Of a DNA stretch of 64,000 nucleotides, positions 20,202 through 30,630 are shown in pieces (position 1 is the first letter of the stretch; every line of letters begins with the position of its first letter). The DNA comes from Candidatus Buchananbacteria bacterium (GTDB lineage Bacteria > Patescibacteriota > Patescibacteriia > 2-01-FULL-39-33): NCBI GenBank assembly GCA_903888345.1, contig CAISTG010000061.1:18512-82511 (forward strand), read 5' to 3'. The notes below the pieces were generated by a model. That model worked only from the letters and a program-made list of their open reading frames with translations. It ran no database searches and was not told the DNA's origin. Position numbers and translations under genes: made by a program.

Positions 20202-22112
20202 ATGGCCGCTTACACCCTAATCTTTTTTTATGGCTGGGCTATGTTGTTGTCTTTCATTGGTTTCGGTTGGCTCGTAACGACCTTACTGCTTAACCATAAA
20301 TCTTTTGCCATTGGTACCCAAGCAGTATTTGGCGTGATTGTATTTTTGTTGGTTGGTGGCTACTTAGATTTCTTCAAAGTTGTTTCGCCCACGTCACTCT
20401 TAAGTGTCATTGGGGTTGGCCTGTTGATTTTTATTTATGCGTTGAGTCAGAATTACCGGGTGACAATTGATTGGTTTAATGCTGCTTGGCGGGTAATTAA
20501 AAGTAACAAACAGTGGGCCCTGGTTCTGGGGCTAGTATTATTGCTGATTATTTTTAGGTATGCTTTAGCGGTGGCTTTTTTCCCGTTTCATACTTCCGAC
20601 GATTATCAGGGTTATTTAGTGTTTCCTGAAAAAATGATTCAAACTGGGCAACTCGGTAATGATCCCTTTAGTGAGCGACGCATTGTTTCATCTTTGGGCG
20701 GCAGTTATTTGTTGAGCGCGGCAGTTTTGGCGGTTGGTTCCCTGAAGAATTTGCATTTGATTGATCACGGTTTAGGTGTGGTGATGTTATTATTAGTATT
20801 AATCGAATTGCTCACTCAACTGAAATTAAGAAAATGGTATGCGCTACTGGTTGTTTTACTGGTGGTTTTAATTCCGAGTCCATCGGGGAATGTTACTAGC
20901 TTTTTTTTGGCGGCCGCTATATTTTTAGCTCTCTTTCGTTTGGTATACTTTAAAGAAAAAATCTCTGATTGGCGATTACTGAGTGTTGTCGGGTTTCTAA
21001 CATTGGGCCTGGTGATTCTAAAAACAAATCTAGTTATCCCGGCCCTGGCTTTGTATGGCTGTTTTTTTATTTTTTGCTTTTATCTGCGATCGTGGAAAAT
21101 CTGGCTGCCTCAGGGATTAATTATTTTCGCGTTAGCAATAATTGCTTTGGCGCCATGGCTATTATCAATGCTGGCTTCATCTGGCACTTTGTTTTATCCG
21201 TTTTTGGGGCCGGGGTTTTATGGTACGCGCTATGGAAATTTTGCTGGTCATTTTATGTTGTTTAATATTTTCAGTCTATTTAGATTGATTACGGAGTTTA
21301 TTAGTAGTATTAATTTGTTTATACCACTATTTATCTTATTGATATTGATTTTTAGACGACCTGCAAAAAATAAATTTATTTTAGGATCGATCGCCTTAAG
21401 TTGTCTGTTGGGTATAGTGGCTGTTATTTATGGCGTTGGCGGTTACAGTTTATATTATTATACTTTTCCTTTTGTTTTGCCGACTGTAATTTTTCTGTTG
21501 ACAATTGAACTGGCTGATTCGGGGTCAACGGAAAATCCAACTGCCGACTCCAGTGTCTACCCTCTGCTACTGGCGGTCTTGATGGTGGGGTTATTTATAC
21601 AAAAAGATTTGGGCTTGATGACGGATATCAAAGCTAGCCTAAGCTTCGATCAAGGAATTAAGGTCGGCTTAATAAACACCGAGTTAGTGACCTTGGAAGA
21701 ACGGCAACAATTTATTAATTTACAAAATTCGATTCCAGCACAAGCGACTTTGTTGGCGCGGCTCGATAAGAATTTTGTTTTTGATTTCAGGCGCAACAAT
21801 GTCTTTATTATTGATTTGCCGGGTGGATCGAGTCTGCCGCCCGGGTTACCCTTTCGTCAAGGAGGCGAACGGTTGGCCGATTATTTGTTGTCAGTCGGAA
21901 TTCAATATGTCGCCTACTCCTATGGCAATGAAGCAAATTTTTCTAAACAAGGAAATAGTGGTATGTTAAGAGCACATGTTAATCCCTGGCTAAAGGCCGA
22001 AACTGAGCACAGTTTCGATTTTCAGGATAGCCTAATGGAGTTAGCAAAAAGCCGCAAAATTATTTATGATGACGGTAAAAATTTTGTGTTGGATTTATCA
22101 CTCAAACAATAA
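20202..22112 (+). CDS. Polytopic membrane protein, possible GT-C glycosyltransferase
   Basis: ~13 TM segments with a DD motif (SDDYQGYL) in the first large loop. Confidence 0.55.
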   Translation: MAAYTLIFFYGWAMLLSFIGFGWLVTTLLLNHKSFAIGTQAVFGVIVFLLVGGYLDFFKVVSPTSLLSVIGVGLLIFIYALSQNYRVTIDWFNAAWRVIKSNKQWALVLGLVLLLIIFRYALAVAFFPFHTSDDYQGYLVFPEKMIQTGQLGNDPFSERRIVSSLGGSYLLSAAVLAVGSLKNLHLIDHGLGVVMLLLVLIELLTQLKLRKWYALLVVLLVVLIPSPSGNVTSFFLAAAIFLALFRLVYFKEKISDWRLLSVVGFLTLGLVILKTNLVIPALALYGCFFIFCFYLRSWKIWLPQGLIIFALAIIALAPWLLSMLASSGTLFYPFLGPGFYGTRYGNFAGHFMLFNIFSLFRLITEFISSINLFIPLFILLILIFRRPAKNKFILGSIALSCLLGIVAVIYGVGGYSLYYYTFPFVLPTVIFLLTIELADSGSTENPTADSSVYPLLLAVLMVGLFIQKDLGLMTDIKASLSFDQGIKVGLINTELVTLEERQQFINLQNSIPAQATLLARLDKNFVFDFRRNNVFIIDLPGGSSLPPGLPFRQGGERLADYLLSVGIQYVAYSYGNEANFSKQGNSGMLRAHVNPWLKAETEHSFDFQDSLMELAKSRKIIYDDGKNFVLDLSLKQ

Positions 22113-22126
22113 ATTTGAAAATTTTT

Positions 22127-23002
22127 ATGTTAGAAATAGTTCATAATTGCCGCGTCTGTAATTCGACTAATTTGGTCTTGGTAAAAAAATCAAATCTTGA
22201 TTCGGTTTTGGACAGTAATCACTTTGCCATCACCGATAGTCATTATGGCCAAACCTTAGACCTATACGCCTGTGAGGAATGTGGTTTGATACAATCAAGG
22301 CGACTCGAGGATGTTAATAGTTTTTATGAAGGCCTCCAAGATAAGGAGTATGAAAATACCCGGGCTGAACGAGCGCGACAAGCACGTCAGATTGTCATGG
22401 GTTTAACTAAGCTGATGCCAACTGGTAGATTATTTGATGTCGGCGCCGGCAGCGGTATTTTGGTTGAACAAGCGTTAGAATTAGGCTATACTGCCAGTGG
22501 ACTCGAGCCGTCAACTTGGTTGCAAGAACAGGCTCAGCAACGCGGTTTACCGGTTTTGGCGGGAGTATTGCCGGATGAACGGGTGGGTGATAACTTTGAT
22601 CTGGTAACTTTAGTTGATGTTATCGAACATGTTGATGATCCATTTGGATTGCTGCTCGACATTAAAGCAATCCTCAGACCTAACGGTTTATTGTTGCTAA
22701 CCACACCTGATGTCGATTCGTTATTGGCGCGCTGCTTGGGTTGGCGCTGGTGGCACTTCCGGGTAGCGCATATCAGTTACTTTAATTTAAAAACAATTAG
22801 GCGCCTGTTAGAGAGGGCGGGTTTTCAGATAATTAGCGTCAAGCGTCCCGGTTGGTATTTTACCTTGGATTATCTTTGGTTGCGGCTCAATCAGTATCTG
22901 CCAAAAAAATTGCGTTTGCCAGCCCCAGCATTTTTTAGTAAATTAACGATCCCACTTAATCTCTTCGATTCCTACGAATTAATTTGTAAAGTAATAAAAT
23001 AA
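22127..23002 (+). CDS. Class I SAM-dependent methyltransferase with N-terminal Zn ribbon
   Basis: CRVC…CEEC, DVGAGSG, DVIEH, TTPD. Confidence 0.85.
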   Translation: MLEIVHNCRVCNSTNLVLVKKSNLDSVLDSNHFAITDSHYGQTLDLYACEECGLIQSRRLEDVNSFYEGLQDKEYENTRAERARQARQIVMGLTKLMPTGRLFDVGAGSGILVEQALELGYTASGLEPSTWLQEQAQQRGLPVLAGVLPDERVGDNFDLVTLVDVIEHVDDPFGLLLDIKAILRPNGLLLLTTPDVDSLLARCLGWRWWHFRVAHISYFNLKTIRRLLERAGFQIISVKRPGWYFTLDYLWLRLNQYLPKKLRLPAPAFFSKLTIPLNLFDSYELICKVIK

Positions 23003-23006
23003 ACTT

Positions 23007-23936
23007 ATGAGTTTGATAAAGTATATTAAAATTGCTCGACCGAATCACTGGTTTAAAAATATTTTCATTATTCCGGGAACGATTTTTGCGTTGTTAATTT
23101 TTCCTAACTATTCTTGGCTGGTAGTTGGTAAATTTATCGTTGGTTTTTTTAGTGTTTGTCTGGTGGCTTCGGCCAATTATGTTATTAACGAATGGCTCGA
23201 TGCAGATTTTGATCGCCATCATCCACTTAAGAAAGATCGCCCCTCGGTGACTGGAGGAATTGAGGCAAAATATGTCTATTTAGAATACCTCATATTGATA
23301 ATCCTGGGTCTGAGTTTAGCGGCTTTGGTTTCGATTTATTTTTTATTGACTGCTGTCTTGCTTCTAGTAATGGGCGTCATTTATAATGTTAAGCCGTTGC
23401 GCACGAAAGATAAGTTGTATGTCGATGTTTTATCGGAATCAATTAATAATCCGATTCGCTTTGCTTTGGGCTGGTTTATTGTAACTAGCTCGTTGTTGTT
23501 ACCATCTAGTCTGCTAATAGCTTATTGGATGGCCGGTGCCTTTTTGATGGCGGTTAAACGTTATGCGGAATATCGCTTCATTAATAATAAGGAGATTGCC
23601 GGATTGTATCGACGATCTTTTCGCTTCTACAATGAGAATAATCTGTTAGTTTCTATTCTGTTTTATGCCATGAGCTTTGCCTTTTTCTTTGGGGTATTTA
23701 TGGTCAAATATCGGATTGAATTGTTGCTGACCTTGCCTTTATTTTCTATTTTATTTTGCTGGTATTTGCACTTAGGCATGAAGGCGGATTCACCGGCGCA
23801 ACGCCCCGAAGGTCTATATAAAGAACGGGCGTTTTCACTCTATTTCATCTTGGTGATTCTGGTTGTGGTGGCTTTATTGTTTTTTCACTTTCCCTTTCTC
23901 GCTTATTTTTTGAATAAAAGTTTTTTATTGAAATAA
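23007..23936 (+). CDS. UbiA-family prenyltransferase (decaprenyl-phosphate phosphoribosyltransferase-like)
   Basis: RPNHWFKN, NYVINEWLDADFDRHHPLKKDRP, KRYAE. Confidence 0.85.
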   Translation: MSLIKYIKIARPNHWFKNIFIIPGTIFALLIFPNYSWLVVGKFIVGFFSVCLVASANYVINEWLDADFDRHHPLKKDRPSVTGGIEAKYVYLEYLILIILGLSLAALVSIYFLLTAVLLLVMGVIYNVKPLRTKDKLYVDVLSESINNPIRFALGWFIVTSSLLLPSSLLIAYWMAGAFLMAVKRYAEYRFINNKEIAGLYRRSFRFYNENNLLVSILFYAMSFAFFFGVFMVKYRIELLLTLPLFSILFCWYLHLGMKADSPAQRPEGLYKERAFSLYFILVILVVVALLFFHFPFLAYFLNKSFLLK

Positions 23937-23937
23937 A

Positions 23938-24573
23938 ATGGTTAATTTATCAAAATTACTGCAATTAAATTGGCAACAGTATCAGGTGATTATTTTTGAC
24001 GTTGATGGCACCCTGTATGATTTATCGAAAATGCATCGTTTGATGCGCCGAGAATTTCTACGTTATTATGTTCGGCGACCTTGGCGTTGTTATGAACTGG
24101 TGGTGATTTATTACTTTCGCATAAATCGTGAACGTTTGGCTCGCGAAGGCGCCAGGGAAATTGCTCATAAGCAGTACGCTATCGTCGCTAAGAAATTTGG
24201 TCTGAGTGTCGAGCAAGTAAAAAAGATTATCGAATATTGGATGGAGATTCGACCCTTAGAGTATTTGGCGGACTGCGCTTATCCCGAGGTTAAGGCGCTA
24301 ATTGAAAATATTTTTCAAACCGAAACGCGCATTGTTTATTATTCAGATTATTATCCGCTTAATAAGATTTCGCGGCTCGGGTTACCCTATCATTATTGGT
24401 TTGATAGTAGCGCCGCCACCATTGATGCCTTGAAGCCGGCTGCTGGTGGCCTAGAATATATTATGAAAACGTTAGCAGTGACCGCGAGCGATTGTCTCCT
24501 GATTGGTGATCGTTATGATAAGGAGGGTTTGGCGGCGCAAAAAGTTGGTATGGATTATTTAATATTGGATTAG
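23938..24573 (+). CDS. HAD-family hydrolase/phosphatase
   Basis: FDVDGTL, YSD, KP, IGDRYDKE. Confidence 0.85.
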   Translation: MVNLSKLLQLNWQQYQVIIFDVDGTLYDLSKMHRLMRREFLRYYVRRPWRCYELVVIYYFRINRERLAREGAREIAHKQYAIVAKKFGLSVEQVKKIIEYWMEIRPLEYLADCAYPEVKALIENIFQTETRIVYYSDYYPLNKISRLGLPYHYWFDSSAATIDALKPAAGGLEYIMKTLAVTASDCLLIGDRYDKEGLAAQKVGMDYLILD

Positions 24574-24577
24574 TAAT

Positions 24578-25312
24578 ATGTCATCATTTAAACAAGTAAT
24601 TAAAAAAGCTATTCGCTATTTCTGGAGTCCACTGATTCTAGGGGATTATTTTAAATTCAAAAAATCCTTAAAATCCGATCACCGCTTTAGGTTGCACTAT
24701 CGAGATGTTTACCCGTGTTTTAAAGATAAAACTATTAAAACTGGTTTTGATCGCCATTATGTTTATCACACCTCCTGGGCGGCTAGAAAGTTGGCAGAAA
24801 CTAAACCGGAATTACATCTTGATATTTCTTCCAGTTTATATTTTTCTGGGATTGTGTCCGCCTTTGTACCGATTAAATTTTATGATTATCGGCCGGCCGA
24901 TATTCAATTAGATGGGTTAGAGAGCTTGGGGAGTGATTTATTATCCCTGCCTTTTGCTGATAATAGCGTATCTAGTTTGTCTTGTATGCATGTGATTGAG
25001 CATATCGGTTTGGGCCGTTATGGTGATCCGATTGATCCACAGGCTGATGCAAAAGCGATTGTCGAACTAAAACGGGTTTTGGCTGTCGGCGGAAATTTAT
25101 TATTTGTAGTGCCAATTGGTCGGGAGGCGGTCATTCAGTATAACGCGCATCGCATTTACACTTATCAATTGGTTTTGGAATTATTTGCTGGTTTAAAGTT
25201 AAAAGAATTTTCTTTGATACCTGAAGTTTCGGGAGCGCTGATTAAAAATGCTACGGCCTCAGACGTTGCTCGAGAAAATTACGCCTGTGGGTGTTTTTGG
25301 TTTACTAAATAA
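24578..25312 (+). CDS. DUF268-type methyltransferase-like protein
   Basis: FDRHYVYH, HLDISS, SLSCMHVIEHIGLGRYGDPID, NAHRIY. Confidence 0.75.
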   Translation: MSSFKQVIKKAIRYFWSPLILGDYFKFKKSLKSDHRFRLHYRDVYPCFKDKTIKTGFDRHYVYHTSWAARKLAETKPELHLDISSSLYFSGIVSAFVPIKFYDYRPADIQLDGLESLGSDLLSLPFADNSVSSLSCMHVIEHIGLGRYGDPIDPQADAKAIVELKRVLAVGGNLLFVVPIGREAVIQYNAHRIYTYQLVLELFAGLKLKEFSLIPEVSGALIKNATASDVARENYACGCFWFTK

Positions 25313-25322
25313 ATATATTATT

Positions 25323-26222
25323 ATGATCACTGTTAAACTTCAGGGAGGGATTGGTAATCAAATGTTTCAATATGCGGCGGCTAAAAGTTTGGCCGAAAAA
25401 AATAAGACCGCTGTCGCGTTGGATTTAACTACTTTAAACCATCGTTTGCCGGGCCGCAACTATGTCTTTCGGTCTTTTGATCTAGATTTATTAAAGGTTG
25501 AGGCTCAGCTGACCACGCTGTCAAAATTATCTCTCAAACTACCAAACTTTAGTTTTTTGTTGGCCCGGGCCGCTAATCTGGTAGCGAAAAAGTTACGTCC
25601 GGCGCATTATTTAGTAGAAAAAGAAAATTATTTTTTTGATGAAAAAATTATGCTGGCAACAGCCGGGACCTATTTAGATGGTTTCTGGCAGAGCTTTCGC
25701 TACTTTGAAGGAATTGAAGAATTGCTTAGGAGAGAATTTGCCTTTAAAAATAAATTGAGTGGTCCGGCTTTAGCGATGGCTAAGGAGATCGCTAACACTA
25801 ATTCCGTTTGTGTTAATGTTCGTCGCGATGACTATGTTAGCAATGCCACCAATTTACAATTTTTTGGCGCCATGGACGAAGCATATTTTATGGGCGGAGT
25901 CGAAGTGATAGGAAAAAAGGTTGACGCCGCACATTATTTTATTTTTTCCGATGATCTTGAATGGGCGCGGAAAAATTTCAATTTTTTAGAAAACAAAACG
26001 ATCGTCGGTATTGATTGTAATGGTGAGCGTTATGGTGATAAATTTCATCTGATGACCTTATGCAAGCATTTTATTATTCCCAACAGTACTTTTGCTTGGT
26101 GGGGTGCTTGGTTAGGTAATCATCCCGATAAGGTGGTGGTGGCCCCAAAGTATTGGGTTAGAGATGAAAAACTAAACGCCAATACCAAGGATTTAATTCC
26201 TGAAGATTGGATTAGAATTTAA
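25323..26222 (+). CDS. Alpha-1,2-fucosyltransferase (GT11)
   Basis: GGIGNQMFQYA, GFWQS, VRRDDY, FSDD, NSTFAWWGAWL. Confidence 0.9.
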   Translation: MITVKLQGGIGNQMFQYAAAKSLAEKNKTAVALDLTTLNHRLPGRNYVFRSFDLDLLKVEAQLTTLSKLSLKLPNFSFLLARAANLVAKKLRPAHYLVEKENYFFDEKIMLATAGTYLDGFWQSFRYFEGIEELLRREFAFKNKLSGPALAMAKEIANTNSVCVNVRRDDYVSNATNLQFFGAMDEAYFMGGVEVIGKKVDAAHYFIFSDDLEWARKNFNFLENKTIVGIDCNGERYGDKFHLMTLCKHFIIPNSTFAWWGAWLGNHPDKVVVAPKYWVRDEKLNANTKDLIPEDWIRI

Positions 26223-26226
26223 GTTT

Positions 26227-27003
26227 ATGCCAACAGTCAGTATAAATATCATTACTTATAATCGCGCTAATTATTTAAAAGAGGCGATTGAAAGTATTTT
26301 GCGTCAATCATTTACTGATTGGGAATTATTGATTTTGGACGGGGCATCGACGGATAATACTAGTGAGGTGGTGGCGGAGTTTTTGTCTGATCAACGGATT
26401 AAATATATTCGGTTGACCGAACGTACCCCCAATATTCCCGTTGCGAGAAATATTATATTGCAGCAATCACAGGGCGAATACGTGGCCGTTTTAGATAGTG
26501 ATGATGTCTGGTGTGATGACCGGAAATTAGCAAAGCAAATTAAATTTTTAAATGAACATCAGGATTATGTGCTGGCTGGTGGCGGTGTGATCTTGATTAA
26601 TAGTGACAGTCAGGAGACTGGCCGTTATTTAAATCTTGGAACGGATAAACAGATTAGAGGTTCAATACTCAGTAAAAATCAATTTGCTCATTCTAGTGTT
26701 GTCTATCGTCGTGCCGTCGCTCTAGAGGTGGGCCGATATAATGAAGCCTTAAGCATCGGGGAGGATTATGATTTGTTTTTGCGACTTGGTCGTCAGGGTA
26801 AGGTCATGAATTTTCCGGAGTACTTCCTTAGTTATCGCGTTCATAGCGGCAGCATTTGCGTTGCTGATTGGCTAACTGGATTAAGTAACAATCTTTTGAT
26901 CATTAAAAAATATCGAAATGATTACCCTTATTATGTTTTTGCTTATCTCCGCCGACTGGTGCGAATAATCGGTGGTCAGCTATTGTCATTAGTAAAAAAG
27001 TAG
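26227..27003 (+). CDS. GT2 glycosyltransferase
   Basis: TYNRA, DGASTD, LDSDD, HSSV, EDYDL. Confidence 0.88.
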   Translation: MPTVSINIITYNRANYLKEAIESILRQSFTDWELLILDGASTDNTSEVVAEFLSDQRIKYIRLTERTPNIPVARNIILQQSQGEYVAVLDSDDVWCDDRKLAKQIKFLNEHQDYVLAGGGVILINSDSQETGRYLNLGTDKQIRGSILSKNQFAHSSVVYRRAVALEVGRYNEALSIGEDYDLFLRLGRQGKVMNFPEYFLSYRVHSGSICVADWLTGLSNNLLIIKKYRNDYPYYVFAYLRRLVRIIGGQLLSLVKK

Positions 27004-27011
27004 CAACTTAA

Positions 27012-27038
27012 AAAAACTCGGCCAGTGGCCGAGTTTTT
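27012..27038. terminator. Bidirectional intrinsic terminator between convergent genes
   Basis: aaaaactcggcc-agt-ggccgagttttt perfect inverted repeat. Confidence 0.85.
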
Positions 27039-27051
27039 AATTGATGCAATT

Positions 27052-28389
27052 TTATTGACCACGTCCACCAAGAATAACTCTTAATGTTTTGAGGATAATA
27101 CTTAAATCTAATAATAGTGAACGATTCTTAATGTAATATAAATCGTATTTCAGTTTCTCTAAGCTCTCGATTTCCGAACCACCATAGGCTGGACCTAGTA
27201 ATTGGGCCCAGCCGGTCAAGCCCGGCATAATTAATAAACGCTCTTGGTAAAAAGGAATTTCTTTGGCTAGGAGTTGAATGAATTCTGGTCGCTCCGGTCT
27301 CGGACCAATCAAACTCATCTCGCCCCGCAAAATATTAATGAATTGTGGAATTTCGTCGAGTCGTGTTTTACGCATAATATTGCCGAACCGAGTGATACGC
27401 GGGTCGTTTTTAATGGCCCATTGCGCGCCGTTTTTTTCGGCATCGGTCGTCATGGAACGTAATTTCATCGCTAAAAATTCCTTGCCATTTTTGCCGACCC
27501 GAATTTGTTTGAAGATGATTGGTCCGGGGCTATCTAATTTGATGATCAAGGCAATCAATGGTAAGAAGGGCAGTGTCAATACTAGTCCGATGCTAGCCAG
27601 TAGGATGTCCGTCAAACGTTTCATTGTCTCGTACATTTTTTTGGAATTTTCCGAGAGGTTTTCTAAGAACCAAATCATTTCGATGTGTTCAACGGGGATT
27701 TTTTGGGCAATTTGTTCGTAAAAGGCATTAATATGATGAACGTCAATCCCTAGTGAGAGGCAAGCAAAGATTTTTTGTGCCGTTTCGGTATCACCATGGA
27801 GATTATTAGAGCTAATTAGGGTATCAATGTGATGTTCCAGACAATACTGTTTTAAGTCGAGCGGCATGGTTTCAATTAATTGCGCTTGATAGCCTAGTTG
27901 CGGTCGATTTTTTATTTCTTGAGCCAAGTCTTGCGCCAGTGGGCTCTTGCCAATTATTAATACCTGGTTTGCCATTTGGGGCGACTTTATTAGGTTATAA
28001 AAAATCTTACGCCAGACAAAGATTATAAAAAGGGTCCAGATTAGGTCAATAATTAATACCTTTTGTGGTTTGAGGCCAGGAAAAAATGGTGCCAAAAAGT
28101 AAAACATTAAAACAGCGATAATTCCATTGATGATAGTCGCCTTAATTAGGATAGAGATTAGGCTGAGGTTATTGTAGCTATTTTTTAGTTCATAAAAGTC
28201 GCTAATATAGAAGACAAGTAGCCAAGCCAGAAAAATAAACAAAAAGGCTTGAGCATGGACTAGCCAGGTTGTTTGATCAGGGTAGGTTAAGTTTCTGGTC
28301 GCTAAGGCTAGGTATAATGCGAAATAAAAGAAAAGGAGGTCGCCCGCCACCAACGATAAACGCTTAATTTTGATAATTAGTCTATTCAT
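27052..28389 (-). CDS. Polyprenyl-phosphate glycosylphosphotransferase (WbaP/WcaJ-type initiating sugar transferase)
   Basis: KRLTDI, DSPGP, KLRSM, DPRIT, RLDEIPQ, GPRPERP, PGLTGWAQ, DLYYI. Confidence 0.92.
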   Translation of the reverse strand: MNRLIIKIKRLSLVAGDLLFFYFALYLALATRNLTYPDQTTWLVHAQAFLFIFLAWLLVFYISDFYELKNSYNNLSLISILIKATIINGIIAVLMFYFLAPFFPGLKPQKVLIIDLIWTLFIIFVWRKIFYNLIKSPQMANQVLIIGKSPLAQDLAQEIKNRPQLGYQAQLIETMPLDLKQYCLEHHIDTLISSNNLHGDTETAQKIFACLSLGIDVHHINAFYEQIAQKIPVEHIEMIWFLENLSENSKKMYETMKRLTDILLASIGLVLTLPFLPLIALIIKLDSPGPIIFKQIRVGKNGKEFLAMKLRSMTTDAEKNGAQWAIKNDPRITRFGNIMRKTRLDEIPQFINILRGEMSLIGPRPERPEFIQLLAKEIPFYQERLLIMPGLTGWAQLLGPAYGGSEIESLEKLKYDLYYIKNRSLLLDLSIILKTLRVILGGRGQ

Positions 28390-28490
28390 ATTGCTTAATT
28401 TATAACATAAATCTGCCAATAAATCAATTTTGGTAGGTTGACTATTTGTGCTATACTGTAAGTAGAGATTTGACCCAATAACGTGCTATT

Positions 28491-28880
28491 ATGGTTAATT
28501 TAACGAAACAATTCATTAAATTTTGTCTGGTGGGCTTGACTAATTTGGCGGTCCAGTTGTTTTTTTATTACTTATTGACCAGATATTTACACCTTTATTA
28601 TCTGTTGGCTGCCGTTCTGTCTTTTATGGTGGCCGTGACTTGGAGTTTTTATATCAATAAAAAGTGGACTTTTAAGCTCAATGATGGCGATCATCGAGAG
28701 CAGTATCTAAAATTTTTTCTCGCCAATTCCTTGATTGCAATTATTAGTATTGGTCTATTATCGCTCTTCGTGGAACGCTTTGGTATCCACGACATGGTAG
28801 CCCAATTGATTGCGGCCGTTATCTGTGCCGTGATAAATTTCGCCCTTAACCGCTTCTGGACATTTAAGGCTCAAAGTTGA
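28491..28880 (+). CDS. gtrA: GtrA-family lipid-linked sugar translocase
   Basis: 129 aa, 4 TM; QFIKFCLVG, NKKWTF, NRFWTF. Confidence 0.85.
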   Translation: MVNLTKQFIKFCLVGLTNLAVQLFFYYLLTRYLHLYYLLAAVLSFMVAVTWSFYINKKWTFKLNDGDHREQYLKFFLANSLIAIISIGLLSLFVERFGIHDMVAQLIAAVICAVINFALNRFWTFKAQS

Positions 28881-28905
28881 TAAATAACCCTAAATTTGTT
28901 ATAAT
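28877..28905 (+). promoter_or_regulatory. sigma70 promoter
   Basis: TTGATA-17 nt-TATAAT with an extended TG, 20 nt upstream of the ATG at 28926. Confidence 0.6.
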
Positions 28906-28925
28906 ATAAGCAGTATTAATACTTA

Positions 28926-29963
28926 ATGGATAACCTTATGCCAATTACCAAAGCTATTTTTGATAAAAAAAATATTCTCGTGATCGGTGGCGCTGGCTTT
29001 GTCGGCTCGCATTTATGTGATGAATTACTCAAATCAAACAAAGTAATCTGTGTTGATAATTTTTTGACCGGCGATAATGTTAATATTTCACATTTATTAC
29101 AAAATCCTGATTTTCGGTTTATTAATCATAATATTATTGAGCCACTCGACTTGGAGAGTTTAGCTGAGCTAGAGTATTTTCGCCTGTCGTTTCAGGGTGT
29201 GCAGGAAATCTATTTTTTGGCCTCGCCAACTTCGCCCAGCACCTATATTAAGTATCCCATTGAAACTCTGCTGGTTAATTCCGTCGGTTTAAGAAATGCC
29301 TTAGACTTGGCTGCTAAATATCAATCAAAGTTACTGTTCGCTTCTTCGCCGGCGGTCTATGGTTCAGGCACTGGTCAGATGCTAATTAAGGAAACTTATG
29401 TTGGCCCGGTTGATAATTTAAATCCGCGCGCTTGTTATGTGGAAGCCAAGCGCTTCGGAGAAACATTAGTAATGAACTATCATCAAAAAACCGGCATTGA
29501 TACGAAAATCGCCAGAATTTTTAATTGCTATGGTTCACGTATGGGGTTAAAGGATGGTCGCATGATACCCGAGTTGATCCAGGCAGCACGCCATGGTCAG
29601 GAGCTGGTTATTTATGGTAAAGAAACTGATGTTGCTTCCTATTTTTTTGTTGAAGATCTAATTCGTGCTCTGATTAAATTAATGCATTCAGAAGAATCTG
29701 GTCCACTGAATATTGCATCGGAATGGAAAATTAGCTTGAAAGAAGTGGGAGAAAAAATTATTAGTTTATGCAACTCTCAATCGAAAATTATTTTTAATGA
29801 TCGGCCAACAAATTTTGCGGCGCAACCGCTCGCTGATATTACTTTAGCCAAAGAAAAGCTTGGTTGGTTTCCAATTGTTTTATTAGATGAAGGTCTCAAA
29901 GAAACGATTGATTACCTGTCAGCTCAAGAGGGAATTAGACGTCCAGAATCTGCCAATTTATGA
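28926..29963 (+). CDS. UDP-glucuronate decarboxylase-like SDR
   Basis: GGAGFVGSHL, DNFLTG, ASPTSP, PRACYVEAKR, RIFNCYG, DGRM. Confidence 0.82.
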   Translation: MDNLMPITKAIFDKKNILVIGGAGFVGSHLCDELLKSNKVICVDNFLTGDNVNISHLLQNPDFRFINHNIIEPLDLESLAELEYFRLSFQGVQEIYFLASPTSPSTYIKYPIETLLVNSVGLRNALDLAAKYQSKLLFASSPAVYGSGTGQMLIKETYVGPVDNLNPRACYVEAKRFGETLVMNYHQKTGIDTKIARIFNCYGSRMGLKDGRMIPELIQAARHGQELVIYGKETDVASYFFVEDLIRALIKLMHSEESGPLNIASEWKISLKEVGEKIISLCNSQSKIIFNDRPTNFAAQPLADITLAKEKLGWFPIVLLDEGLKETIDYLSAQEGIRRPESANL

Positions 29964-30625
29964 AAGCCGTTATAATTATTCCCGCTTATAACGAAGAAAA
30001 AGTTATTGGTCAGGTGATAGGGGGAATTTTACAACAGCAGGCTCTCGCTGCTGCTGTTTTGGTTATTGATGATGGATCTACCGACAACACTTTCGCAGCC
30101 GCTAAACAAACTGGCGTGATTGTTTTGCGCCACAAAATTAATCGGGGCCAGGGTGCGGCTATTAAGACTGGCATTGATTTTGCAATTAGTCATGGTTATG
30201 AGGCGGCGGTTTTCTTTGATGCTGATGGTCAAATGGAGGCCAGGGAGATTGAACTATTTTTAAATCAATTGGCGGCCGGCTATAGTGTTGTTTTGGGCTC
30301 GAGAAATTTAGGTCAGGCGATTGATATGCCGGGGCTTAAAAAAATAGTTAAGCGGGCGGCGTTGATTTTTACCAATTTCACTTCTGGTTTAAAATTAACT
30401 GATACCCATAATGGTTTTCAGGCCTGGACAATCGAAGCTTTAAAGAAGATTAGGTTAAATCAAGATCGCATGGCTTATGCCAGTCAAGTAATTAATGAAG
30501 TGGCGCGCTTGCGCTTGAAATATATTGAGGTACCAGTGACGATTAAGTATACTGATTATTCTAAGCAGAAAGGCCAGAGCATTTGGAACTCTTTCACGAT
30601 CTTGTGGGATTTAATTATTAAGTAA
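29960..30625 (+). CDS. GT2 glycosyltransferase (DPM-like)
   Basis: IPAYNEE, DDGSTD, NRGQGAA, FDADGQ, TDTHNG. Confidence 0.88.
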   Translation: MKAVIIIPAYNEEKVIGQVIGGILQQQALAAAVLVIDDGSTDNTFAAAKQTGVIVLRHKINRGQGAAIKTGIDFAISHGYEAAVFFDADGQMEAREIELFLNQLAAGYSVVLGSRNLGQAIDMPGLKKIVKRAALIFTNFTSGLKLTDTHNGFQAWTIEALKKIRLNQDRMAYASQVINEVARLRLKYIEVPVTIKYTDYSKQKGQSIWNSFTILWDLIIK

Positions 30626-30630
30626 TTCAT

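Noticed and set aside
27274-27721. Plus-strand ORFs inside the sugar transferase gene, and similar short shadow ORFs throughout the window
   Set aside because: They lie antisense or out of frame within well-supported genes and have no recognisable motifs.
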